Assembly (NCBI RefSeq): GCF_000179635.2
Contig: NC_014825.1
Location: 320,647-352,646 of the forward strand
Direction: 5' to 3'
Source: Ruminococcus albus 7 = DSM 20455
GTDB lineage: Bacteria; Bacillota; Clostridia; Oscillospirales; Ruminococcaceae
DNA length: 32,000 nt
In this document: positions 16,268 through 24,457 of the stretch, one piece after another
Numbering within the stretch: position 1 is the first letter of the stretch
How the letters are laid out: every line of letters starts with the position of its first letter
The notes under the pieces: generated by a model
What the model saw: only the letters and a program-made list of their open reading frames with translations
What the model was told of the DNA's origin: nothing
Databases searched by the model: none
Made by a program: the position numbers and the translations under genes

Positions 16268-16358
16268 TACTTTTTCGACTTTAGTCCACCCTCATATCCG
16301 ACAGTTTTCTTTCACGCAAAGTAGTATCATATATACATCGAGCAAGGGGGACAGTGGA

Positions 16359-17189
16359 ATGAAGATATATGCCGATGTACTGATAATTACAAGCTGTCTT
16401 GTGGAGTATGTTTATCTGTATACCGCTGCAGCGCTCCTTCACATAAGGCTGAAGAGCGGCAGGGTATTCGCAGCCTGTTTTTTCGCAGGTCTGATGTCAC
16501 TGCTGATATGTGCAGACGGCGGCACATTCATCGGCGCGGTGCTTATTACCACAGCAAAAGCGCTGAGTATAGTCATAACACTGCTCATAGCGATGAGGAT
16601 GAAGGGATTTTGTGAGTTTATAAGAGCTCTCGCAGTCTTTCTGGCTGTACGCGCTGTGTACACAGCACTTATCATTATGTACTGGGAGATATCTGATACA
16701 AAGCGGATATATGTAAGAAACTTCACGGCATACTTTGATATATCCCTTCTGAAACTTGCAGCTGCACTGATAACCGCGTATATCCTCCTTACAGCTGCCG
16801 ATACACTTAAACGCAGATTTGCCCGCAAGGCAGTCACATACAATGCGGTGTTCCGCTGCGGAGATCACGAGGTCACACTGCCTGCCGTTGCTGATACAGG
16901 CAATCGCCTTTGCGACAGCTTTACAGGTCTGCCGGTGGTGATATTCTGCTGTGATGATATGTACCTGCACTACTCACTGAATGACCCCGATGAGGGTATG
17001 CGTGCAGGTTTCAGGCTTACACCTTACTCGACAATAAATGGCAGCGGACTGCTCCATGTAACTTCAAAGGGCACAGTGACCATAACAGATAACAGCGGCA
17101 TGAGCCGTAATGTGCGGTGCTGTGTCGGGATAAAGCCCTCATGCCGTAACCGCAGCTGTGCCATATTCGACCCCGCACTGCTGGAATGA
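16359..17189 (+). CDS. spoIIGA: Sigma-E processing peptidase SpoIIGA
   Basis: 276 aa. The N-terminal half is polytopic membrane. The C-terminal domain has the catalytic DTGN motif ([11 protein letters not shown]). The gene lies immediately upstream of sigE. Confidence 0.9.
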   Translation: MKIYADVLIITSCLVEYVYLYTAAALLHIRLKSGRVFAACFFAGLMSLLICADGGTFIGAVLITTAKALSIVITLLIAMRMKGFCEFIRALAVFLAVRAVYTALIIMYWEISDTKRIYVRNFTAYFDISLLKLAAALITAYILLTAADTLKRRFARKAVTYNAVFRCGDHEVTLPAVADTGNRLCDSFTGLPVVIFCCDDMYLHYSLNDPDEGMRAGFRLTPYSTINGSGLLHVTSKGTVTITDNSGMSRNVRCCVGIKPSCRNRSCAIFDPALLE

Positions 17190-17202
17190 AAGGAGAATGG
17201 AT

Positions 17203-17907
17203 ATGAATATATTAAAGGGTATCGACCGCTGGGTGACAAGGCTTCTTGGCAGTACCGAAAGCGTTTACTACATAAACGGTCCCGAGCAGCTTCCTCCGCC
17301 CCTGACAAAAGATGAGGAGGCAAAGGCATTTCAGCTTTTTGCCACCGATGAGAAAAAAGCTCGGGAACTGCTTATAGTGCACAATCTGAGGCTTGTGGTG
17401 TATATATCCAAAAAGTTTGAATCCACAGGTGCAGGGATAGAAGACCTTATCTCCATAGGCTCCATCGGACTTATCAAAGCGGTGAATACCTTCCGCCCCG
17501 ATAAAAACATCAAGCTTGCGACCTATGCTTCAAGATGCATCGAAAACGAGATACTCATGTTCCTGCGCAAGGCATCTCAGCGAAGAAGCGAGATATCCAT
17601 AGACGAACCACTCAACACCGACTGGGACGGCAACGAACTCCTGCTATCGGATATACTGGGTACTGATGAGGATACAGTTCACAAAGGTATCGAAAGCGAA
17701 GTGGAAAAGACCCTTCTCCGCCGCGAGATAGACAAGCTGGGCGAACGTGAGAAGATGATAATGGAAATGCGCTTCGGGCTTAACGGCAAAAGCGAAATGA
17801 CCCAGAAAGAAGTGGCTCAGACCGTCGGGATATCCCAGTCCTACATATCACGCCTTGAAAAAAAGACCCTGAAAGCCATACGCGAAAACCTTGAAAAAAT
17901 ATGCTGA
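17203..17907 (+). CDS. sigE: RNA polymerase sporulation sigma factor SigE (pro-sigma-E)
   Basis: The pro-sequence plus conserved [19 protein letters not shown] matches pro-sigma-E. Sigma-70 regions 2 to 4 are present ([42 protein letters not shown]). The ATG at 17203 is 7 nt from AAAGGAG. The ATG at 17197 is also possible. Confidence 0.9.
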   Translation: MNILKGIDRWVTRLLGSTESVYYINGPEQLPPPLTKDEEAKAFQLFATDEKKARELLIVHNLRLVVYISKKFESTGAGIEDLISIGSIGLIKAVNTFRPDKNIKLATYASRCIENEILMFLRKASQRRSEISIDEPLNTDWDGNELLLSDILGTDEDTVHKGIESEVEKTLLRREIDKLGEREKMIMEMRFGLNGKSEMTQKEVAQTVGISQSYISRLEKKTLKAIRENLEKIC

Positions 17908-17961
17908 GCCGTCATGACTCAGCATATTAAACTTTCCGCCTGAAATCAAGCTATTCTTTTA

Positions 17962-18122
17962 CATGGTTATCCCTTTAACACACCATTACAAAGTGCTATA
18001 TAACAATGGATCATCGTGCTGATGTTATCCTTCCCCCGTCTGCGGCCGGGAAAGGATAACCGCCGAGAATTTCCGGTTCTGATATTACACCAAATTAATT
18101 GGTGCATAAACGGGACAATCAG
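17962..18122. mobile_element. 161-bp MITE, a stand-alone copy of the element seen at 6656-6815
   Basis: The first 44 nt are 43/44 identical to 6656-6699, and similarity continues to the end. The imperfect terminal inverted repeats are CATGGTTATCCCTTTAACACACCATT and AATTGGTGCATAAACGGGACAATCAG. The perfect 9-bp direct repeat ATTCTTTTA flanks it at 17953-17961 and 18123-18131. No ORF. Confidence 0.8.
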
Positions 18123-18271
18123 ATTCTTTTATATTTTCAGGGCAAAAACCGGTCTGCAGTCCGCATGAAGCCCCGTGTGACATAGATCTTTTTCATTTTG
18201 ATTTCCTATTGCGTTTATGATCGTTGTTGTAAAGAGTTGACTATTCAGTAAGATACTTATGCCGTTATATA

Positions 18272-19141
18272 TCATAGACTGATCCTGATCGAAAGCCGAT
18301 CGTCATCGTAATCCGCTGTGATAGTTCCTCCCATTCGTTTTACAAGTGTGCGGGCGATAGACAGCCCGAGTCCCGTTGAGTTGCGTGCGACCTCGACGGT
18401 ATAGAACCTGTCAAACAGCTGTTCTACCTCCACCGCTGACAGATCCTTTGCGGTATTTGTGAATGTGATCTCGCCCTTATCAGTAAGCGTTATCTCCAGA
18501 TCACCGTCGCTGTATTTCAGTGCATTGTTGAGCAGATTGGAAAATACTCTTGCCAGATCTGATCTTCGCATATTACGGACAATGCGGGTATCTGTGATAT
18601 CTATCTTCGGTGTGATGCCCCGCTTTGTCAGCACGGGATAAAATCCGCCGATACTCTCTTCAAGCACCTGATTCACATAAACTTCCTCCGTATCCTGTTC
18701 ACCTTCATCTGATAATATGACAGAATAGCGGAACAGTTCCTCGGTGAGTTGTTTCATGGTCTCTGTGCGTTCTTCTATGGTGCTGATATATTCCCTGATC
18801 TCTGAAATATCATCGGTCTTGCTGATCATATACAGATTTCCCGCTATTGCCGTCAGAGGTGTGCGTATATCGTGTGATATGTTCGTTATCGCGGTTTTCA
18901 GTTCGGTATTGCCCTGATGATATTGCAGATACTCCTTGCGCAGATCTTTCAGCTGACGGTTTATCTGTATCGCCAGTTCCTGCATACGGCGGTCATGGCT
19001 AGTGATAGTTATGGGTGTATTTGTATCGGAAGTAAGTCTGTCCCGTATTTCATCTGTTATCTCTCTTGCGGATCTTCGCATTATAAGTATCTTGCACACA
19101 AGCAGAATGATAAGTATGACAAGACAGACTATCATAAACAT
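18272..19141 (-). CDS. Sensor histidine kinase with a single N-terminal TM segment and no extracellular domain
   Basis: 289 aa. The HisKA H-box is ISHDIRTPLTAI. The HATPase N and G boxes are NLLNNALKYS and GLGLSIAR. One TM helix is present (MFMIVCLVILIILLVCKILI). Confidence 0.9.
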   Translation of the reverse strand: MFMIVCLVILIILLVCKILIMRRSAREITDEIRDRLTSDTNTPITITSHDRRMQELAIQINRQLKDLRKEYLQYHQGNTELKTAITNISHDIRTPLTAIAGNLYMISKTDDISEIREYISTIEERTETMKQLTEELFRYSVILSDEGEQDTEEVYVNQVLEESIGGFYPVLTKRGITPKIDITDTRIVRNMRRSDLARVFSNLLNNALKYSDGDLEITLTDKGEITFTNTAKDLSAVEVEQLFDRFYTVEVARNSTGLGLSIARTLVKRMGGTITADYDDDRLSIRISL

Positions 19142-19148
19142 GGCTCCC

Positions 19149-20048
19149 TTATTTCAAATTCTTTTTCTTAAATATCAAAGCACCACAGATCGTTATGAGT
19201 ACTGCAAATATACACATCGATGCTTCGCTTCTCACCATTTCCGAATGAGATTCTTTCTCGTATTCATACAGTTCTTCAGAGTTATTTGTGCAATAGCAGT
19301 ATGACATAAATGAATTGATGGATACATTCGGATTACTGTCACGGATCACCGTTACGATATTTCGCTTGATACCGCGGGGATATTCAGGATTTTCTTCCTG
19401 TGTTATTTCTACTATGTCATCCATATCCTCGATGCCGGTCACATCTCCTGCTACCATAGAATAACCCCCGTCAGCATGATGATATTTGGTGAAAAATTCA
19501 GGCTCATTGAGCACATCTACAGTGGTATAGCCGATAACATTTACCAGAAAGACCAGTAAGCCCCCGATGATCGCGGCTGCAGTTCGGTTTGCAGTGACAA
19601 AGCATACAAATACTATCATAATGCCGATAAAGATGTAGGCTGTATATATAATCACAAGCGAAAGTACCATATAAGTCATTCTCTGCAAATAAGCTATATG
19701 ATAGGCAACCAGAGGAACAGCTGTAAGACAGAACATGATAGTCGATATCATAACTGTAATAAGCACTTCGGAAATATAAACGATATGCTTTTTGTGCCCT
19801 GAAGATATCTTGTTCCTTATTACTCCCGAACTGAATTCTGTGCCGATATTCATAACACATAAAACTGCGTTTGCAATAATACTGAAAATGAAGTACATGT
19901 CATCGGGATTAAAGAAATCCACATTCTCGCTGGTATAAACAGACGTAATAATATACGTAATGCCGCAGATAAGTGATGCAGCAAAGCATAAATAAGTCAG
20001 CGGACGTTTAAGGTACCTGTGGATACCTGCACTTAATAAGTCAAGCAT
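19149..20048 (-). CDS. ABC-2 type transporter permease
   Basis: 299 aa and highly hydrophobic, with 6 predicted TM segments. It overlaps the upstream ATPase gene by 8 nt. It has a large loop between TM5 and TM6. Confidence 0.75.
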   Translation of the reverse strand: MLDLLSAGIHRYLKRPLTYLCFAASLICGITYIITSVYTSENVDFFNPDDMYFIFSIIANAVLCVMNIGTEFSSGVIRNKISSGHKKHIVYISEVLITVMISTIMFCLTAVPLVAYHIAYLQRMTYMVLSLVIIYTAYIFIGIMIVFVCFVTANRTAAAIIGGLLVFLVNVIGYTTVDVLNEPEFFTKYHHADGGYSMVAGDVTGIEDMDDIVEITQEENPEYPRGIKRNIVTVIRDSNPNVSINSFMSYCYCTNNSEELYEYEKESHSEMVRSEASMCIFAVLITICGALIFKKKNLK

Positions 20049-20955
20049 TTACAGCACCTCCCACCAATGACAGATAGAAGCTTTCAAGGCTCTCATCGTG
20101 TTCCTCAAAGGAAATAACTTCACAGTTTTCCTTTGCAAGGGCAAGTGTAAGCTGTGTGATGTTGGGTTTTGAGTAGATATCCGCATGGTTATCATCGATA
20201 ACACTGTATCCGATACCCATATCGTCAAGGACTTTTGCCAGTATCGCTGTGCTGCTGACAGTCAGGCGCATACACTTGCGGCATACGGCGTTCAGTTCCT
20301 CGGCGCTCATTTCCCTGATGATCTTGCCGCTGTCGATAAAACCGTAATGTGTGGCAAGCTTTGCAAGCTCATCGAGGATATGGGATGAGATAAGCACTGT
20401 GATATTCTTCTCGCGGTTGAGTTTCAGTATAAGCTCTCTTATCTCCACGATGCCCTGTGGGTCAAGACCGTTTACAGGCTCGTCCAGCACAAGAAGATCG
20501 GGACTTCCGCAGAGGGCAACTGCGATGCCGAGTCGCTGACGCATACCCAGTGAGAAATGTTTCGCCTTTTTCTTTCCTGTATTTTCAAGTCCTACCAGCT
20601 TCAGGATATCCTCAAGACCGTCAAAACCCGAAATACCGAGGGTGCGGTACTGCTGTATGAGATTATCCTTTGCAGTCATATCGGGATAGATGGAAGGTGT
20701 TTCCACCACAGCACCCATACGTCTGCGTACTTTTGAAATTTTGCTGTCCGTATGTTTTGTACCATATAAAGTGTACTCACCGCTTGAAGGATCCTGCAAA
20801 CCCGTTATCAATCTTATCAGCGTTGTTTTGCCTGCGCCGTTCTTGCCGACGAAACCGTATATCGAACCCTTAGGGACATTCATAGTCAGACCGTTCAGGA
20901 TATGGTATCGGCGGTAAGATTTGCACAGACCGTTTGTTTTCAGAACATATTCCAT
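20041..20955 (-). CDS. ABC transporter ATP-binding protein (BcrA/lantibiotic-immunity type)
   Basis: 304 aa. The motifs are Walker A GKNGAGKTT, signature FSLGMRQRL and Walker B LLVLDEP. RBS GGAGG. Confidence 0.9.
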   Translation of the reverse strand: MEYVLKTNGLCKSYRRYHILNGLTMNVPKGSIYGFVGKNGAGKTTLIRLITGLQDPSSGEYTLYGTKHTDSKISKVRRRMGAVVETPSIYPDMTAKDNLIQQYRTLGISGFDGLEDILKLVGLENTGKKKAKHFSLGMRQRLGIAVALCGSPDLLVLDEPVNGLDPQGIVEIRELILKLNREKNITVLISSHILDELAKLATHYGFIDSGKIIREMSAEELNAVCRKCMRLTVSSTAILAKVLDDMGIGYSVIDDNHADIYSKPNITQLTLALAKENCEVISFEEHDESLESFYLSLVGGAVNA

Positions 20956-20985
20956 AATGTGACCTCCTCACTTGTTTCTGAAAAT

Positions 20986-21034
20986 ATTATAAAATAAAAA
21001 AGTAAAGAAAACAGTGAAGAAAAAAGTGAAGAAA
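20986..21034 (-). promoter_or_regulatory. Activator-type promoter for the ABC genes: three 12-bp-phased direct repeats upstream of a -10 box
   Basis: The plus strand reads AGTAAAGAAA (21001-21010), AGTGAAGAAA (21013-21022) and AGTGAAGAAA (21025-21034). On the minus strand these are TTTCTTCACT x2 and TTTCTTTACT. The minus-strand TATAAT lies at 20991-20986, with no good -35 at 17 nt. Confidence 0.5.
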
Positions 21035-21037
21035 TAG

Positions 21038-21706
21038 TCAAGATTTTTCGGTCAGCATAAACCCTATGCCCCATACCGAAGAAATATATTCCTTGCCTGT
21101 CAGTGCTTTCAGTTTTTTGCGCAGATTGTAGATATGGCTTTTCAGTGAATCTTCGGTACAGTCAGGGGTATCAAGGCTGATGCGGTCTAATATCGTCAGC
21201 TTTGCCACTACCTGATCGTGATTTGACATCAGCAGTTTAAGAATGGCATATTCCGTTCTTGTAAGTTTATTCTCGTTCCCTTTTGCTGAGATAGTATGTT
21301 TATCCATATCAAGTGTGATCTCATGATAAGTGAGAAATGATCTTTCGTCAGATCTTGCATTTTTACGAAGCTGTACCAGTATCCTTGCAAGAAGTTCGTT
21401 CATATCAAATGGCTTTGTGATATAATCTGCCGCACCGCCTATCAGCAGATCGACCTTGTTTGTCACATCGGCTTTTGCACTGACCACTATCACGGGTATA
21501 TCCCCGATACGCGGCAGAAGTTCTTCCCCTGAAAGCCCCGGCAGCATAAGGTCAAGCAGAATTAGATCGGGTCTGTAATTATTCAGAAGCAGCAGCGCCT
21601 CTGTACCGGAATAAGCACTTGTTACCGAATAGCCCTCGGACCGCAGTGCTTTGGATACGATATCGTTTATATGTGTATCATCATCTATTATAAGTATTTC
21701 TGACAT
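21038..21706 (-). CDS. OmpR/PhoB family response regulator
   Basis: 222 aa. The receiver domain has DDD...D(LILLDLMLPG)...K. The C-terminal winged helix is LTRTEYAILKLL...VWGIGF. RBS GAGGTGA. Confidence 0.92.
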   Translation of the reverse strand: MSEILIIDDDTHINDIVSKALRSEGYSVTSAYSGTEALLLLNNYRPDLILLDLMLPGLSGEELLPRIGDIPVIVVSAKADVTNKVDLLIGGAADYITKPFDMNELLARILVQLRKNARSDERSFLTYHEITLDMDKHTISAKGNENKLTRTEYAILKLLMSNHDQVVAKLTILDRISLDTPDCTEDSLKSHIYNLRKKLKALTGKEYISSVWGIGFMLTEKS

Positions 21707-21735
21707 AGTTTCACCTCGTGAGTCTTGCTTGTTAT

Positions 21736-21764
21736 ATTATAGCATTTATTGTGGTATATTTCAA
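21736..21764 (-). promoter_or_regulatory. Sigma-A type promoter for the RR-ABC-HK operon
   Basis: Minus strand: TTGAAA (21764-21759), 17-nt spacer, TATAAT (21741-21736). Confidence 0.6.
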
Positions 21765-21782
21765 GTAGATATCGCATTCATA

Positions 21783-21830
21783 TTAAAAGAAAACAGCTAT
21801 GATCTCATGGTCGAGGTCATAGCTGTTTTC
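21783..21830 (-). terminator. Rho-independent terminator after the PPK2 gene
   Basis: Perfect 14-bp stem GAAAACAGCTATGA (21789-21802) / TCATAGCTGTTTTC (21817-21830). On the minus strand it is followed by CTTTTAAT. Confidence 0.8.
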
Positions 21831-21935
21831 TTGTTATAGCAAAATCATAGGATAATCGCGCATTTTGATCATTCGCAAAGTGTTTTGGCAGGTCCTCCCA
21901 CTCATATCGGGTCATGGAGATACCATACACTTATA

Positions 21936-23441
21936 TCATAGCTCCAGCAGCCTGTCCTCCAGGCGCTTGCATATAGTTTTCAGTGCTTTTATGCGGGCAT
22001 ATTTCTTGTCGTTGCCCTCGATTACAGTCCATGGCGCAAAATTCGTGGAAGTCAGCTCGACCATGCGGTCAACAGCCTTTTCGTACTCCTCCCACTTTTC
22101 GCGGTTACGCCAGTCCTCCTCGGTTATCTTCCACTGCTTTGAGGGCGTTTCCTCTCGCTCCTTGAAACGGCGGTACTGCTCATCCTTATCAATGTTTATC
22201 CAGAATTTTATCACCACTCCGCCCCATTCGGTCAGCTGATGTTCAAACTCATTTATCTCCTGATAAGCCATGTCCACACGTTCATGCGGTGTCAGCTTTT
22301 CTATCGGCTCTACCATGACCCTGCCGTACCAGGTGCGGTCAAATATAGTGAAATGACCGTCCTTTTCCAGCCTTGTCCAGAATCTCCACAGATAATGCCT
22401 TGCCAGTTCCGAAGGTTCCGGTGCTGCTATGGGCTTTACCTCATAGCCTCTGGGGTCAAGGGCATTAGCCACCCTCTTGATGTTTCCGCCCTTACCGGCC
22501 GCATCCCAGCCTTCATAGGCTATGACTACGGGTATCTTCTTCTGATAGCATCGGTTCTGCAGTTCAAACAGGCGGGTCTGATACTTCTCCAGCTTTGCAG
22601 CATACTCCTCCTCTGTCAGTGATTTGTCCATATTGACCTCGGAGAGCTTCTTGCCTTTAGTTAACTTGAACTCAGGCTTTTTGTAGTCGATGACAGGAAA
22701 TTCAGGCTTATCGAAAAACTGCTCACCTTTTTCCTTAGCAGCACAAGCGCCCTTGATAGCGTTGGTCACCGTCATCATTATTGAAAACTGAGCCGTGATC
22801 TTATCGTTCGCCGCGATGATGTGCCACGGAGCAAAAGCAGTGTTCGTGCGCATAATGGTCTTGTCGTAGCGCTTGAAGAACTTTTCATAGTTCTCATTGT
22901 TTATTATATCCTGAGGATTCACACGCCAGCGGGTTATCTCTGAGGCTGAAAGCTTCTGCAGACGCTTCGACTGCTCGTTTTTGGAGATATGCAGGAAGAA
23001 TTTTATGATAAGATAACCGTCATCCGCCAGCTGACGTTCAAAGGTGTTGATATCCTCTATCCTGTCTTTGTACTGAGATTTGCTTATCTCATCGAACATA
23101 TATGCATTTACGGTATCGCGGTACCAGCTTCCGTCAAGTATCAGGAACTCCCCTGCTTTAGGCAGCCTTTCCCAGAAACGGTGCATCCACGGCTTGCGAA
23201 GCTCTGTTTCATTGGGTGTACGTATAGATTCAACATTATAGAATCTGGGATCCATGTACTTTATAAGCTTGGCTATCTGTGAGCCCTTGCCTGCCGCAGA
23301 CCAACCGTCGATCGTGATTATGACAGGTATCTTCGCTGCTTTCGCGGCGTTAGCCAGGTCTATAAGTTCTTCCCTCATGGCAGTAAGCTCATTCATGGCT
23401 TCTTCCTTGCCTGTCTTCTTTTGTTCGATGGTCTCAAGCAT
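21936..23441 (-). CDS. Two-domain polyphosphate kinase 2 family protein (polyphosphate:AMP phosphotransferase type)
   Basis: 501 aa. Two tandem PPK2 domains each have a Walker A-like motif (DGWSAAGKGSQI and EGWDAAGKGGNI). Each also has the conserved R.WYxR lid (DGSWYRD and DRTWYGR). Confidence 0.9.
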   Translation of the reverse strand: MLETIEQKKTGKEEAMNELTAMREELIDLANAAKAAKIPVIITIDGWSAAGKGSQIAKLIKYMDPRFYNVESIRTPNETELRKPWMHRFWERLPKAGEFLILDGSWYRDTVNAYMFDEISKSQYKDRIEDINTFERQLADDGYLIIKFFLHISKNEQSKRLQKLSASEITRWRVNPQDIINNENYEKFFKRYDKTIMRTNTAFAPWHIIAANDKITAQFSIMMTVTNAIKGACAAKEKGEQFFDKPEFPVIDYKKPEFKLTKGKKLSEVNMDKSLTEEEYAAKLEKYQTRLFELQNRCYQKKIPVVIAYEGWDAAGKGGNIKRVANALDPRGYEVKPIAAPEPSELARHYLWRFWTRLEKDGHFTIFDRTWYGRVMVEPIEKLTPHERVDMAYQEINEFEHQLTEWGGVVIKFWINIDKDEQYRRFKEREETPSKQWKITEEDWRNREKWEEYEKAVDRMVELTSTNFAPWTVIEGNDKKYARIKALKTICKRLEDRLLEL

Positions 23442-23458
23442 AAATCATTCGTCCCTTC

Positions 23459-23698
23459 TTATGATCTGTTATCAGTGCTTGACAGCTTCATAATGTCCCG
23501 GTCGTAAATAAGGTCGGGTCTGCAAAAGATCTTGTTCTCGGTCCAGCCGAACATTCTGCACAGCAGTTCGATAAAATTATCGTTTACCCTGTCATGAAGA
23601 TGTTCAGCCTTTTCTAGCTGTTCTTTTACTTCTGAAAAATGCCTTGCCTTTCCGACAAGCTGGGTATCTGCCTTGTAGTACTCAATCTCAAGAATCAT
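23459..23698 (-). CDS. Hypothetical 79-aa protein
   Basis: A strong RBS (AGGAGG) lies 8 nt upstream of the ATG. The gene is 17 nt upstream of the PPK2 gene in the same orientation. No recognisable motifs. Confidence 0.6.
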   Translation of the reverse strand: MILEIEYYKADTQLVGKARHFSEVKEQLEKAEHLHDRVNDNFIELLCRMFGWTENKIFCRPDLIYDRDIMKLSSTDNRS

Positions 23699-23764
23699 AA
23701 CAAAGTCCTCCTATCGTTTCAAGCCGGTATTTGAACAATATACTCAGCACAGCACACGCCGCGC

Positions 23765-23793
23765 ATGATAACTTTTCAGAGAATCGCTGTCAA
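23765..23793 (-). promoter_or_regulatory. Sigma-A type promoter for the 79-aa ORF / PPK2 operon
   Basis: Minus strand: TTGACA (23793-23788), 17-nt spacer, TATCAT (23770-23765). Confidence 0.5.
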
Positions 23794-23817
23794 TAATATA
23801 TTATATTTCACAGACTT

Positions 23818-24294
23818 TTAAAGCCACTGTATAAAAGCCGTCTTGTCATTTTTATTATACCCCGCACGTTCATAAAATCTCAGCGTGCTGTCCTTTTTTG
23901 AACCTGTCATCAGCATCATCTTATAGCAGTTTTCACGTACAGCTATATCCCTTGCAAAACCAAGGCAAGCAGTCGCAAGACCTCTGCCGCGGTACTTTTC
24001 ATCAGTGATAACATTTTCTACGAAGGCATAGGGTCGCATCCCGTGGGTGAGATTCGGTATTATCACGCATACACATGAAGACACTATCTTTCCGTCTTCC
24101 TCACAAACGACGATATGATGATCGGGATCGTCAATGATACGTTCCCACAATGCCATTACAGCTTCATCTTTTTCAGGAAAAGGATTATCATGCAGCTGCA
24201 TATACAGCGTCATAAGACCATCAAGATCATCAGCCGTTATCTCTCTGACCAAGTCTTCACCCCACAGTTTGTTATAACGATAGCTCTTATACAC
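23818..24294 (-). CDS. GNAT family N-acetyltransferase
   Basis: The motif A is ITDEKYRGRGLATACLGFA, and the C-terminus has FYERAGY. The track start at 24294 is a GTG without an RBS. A TTG at 24252, preceded by GGGGTGA, is an alternative start. Confidence 0.8.
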   Translation of the reverse strand: MYKSYRYNKLWGEDLVREITADDLDGLMTLYMQLHDNPFPEKDEAVMALWERIIDDPDHHIVVCEEDGKIVSSCVCVIIPNLTHGMRPYAFVENVITDEKYRGRGLATACLGFARDIAVRENCYKMMLMTGSKKDSTLRFYERAGYNKNDKTAFIQWL

Positions 24295-24414
24295 AATATA
24301 TTATACCTGATTCTATTTACAAAGTATATTGACATTTTATATAAAAAATCATCATAAATTTTGTTAACGTAAAATTAATTAGCAGAGAGCCGTCCTCACC
24401 TGTATTTATAATAT

Positions 24415-24448
24415 AACAAAAAGACACCTCCGCCAAAGCAGAGATGCC
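24415..24448 (-). terminator. Rho-independent terminator after the VanY-like gene
   Basis: The minus-strand RNA is GGCAUCUCUGC-uuug-GCGGAGGUGUC, an 11-bp stem with three G-U pairs, followed by UUUUUgUU. Confidence 0.7.
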
Positions 24449-24457
24449 TTTGATATA

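Noticed and set aside
18137-18196. 19-codon minus-strand mini-ORF (MKKIYVTRGFMRTADRFLP) with an AGGAAA upstream, downstream of the HK gene
   Set aside because: It is too short to evaluate and its RBS is weak. It overlaps a hairpin plus T-tract (ccggtctgcagtccg) that more likely acts as a weak terminator for the HK operon. It ends inside the MITE target duplication.
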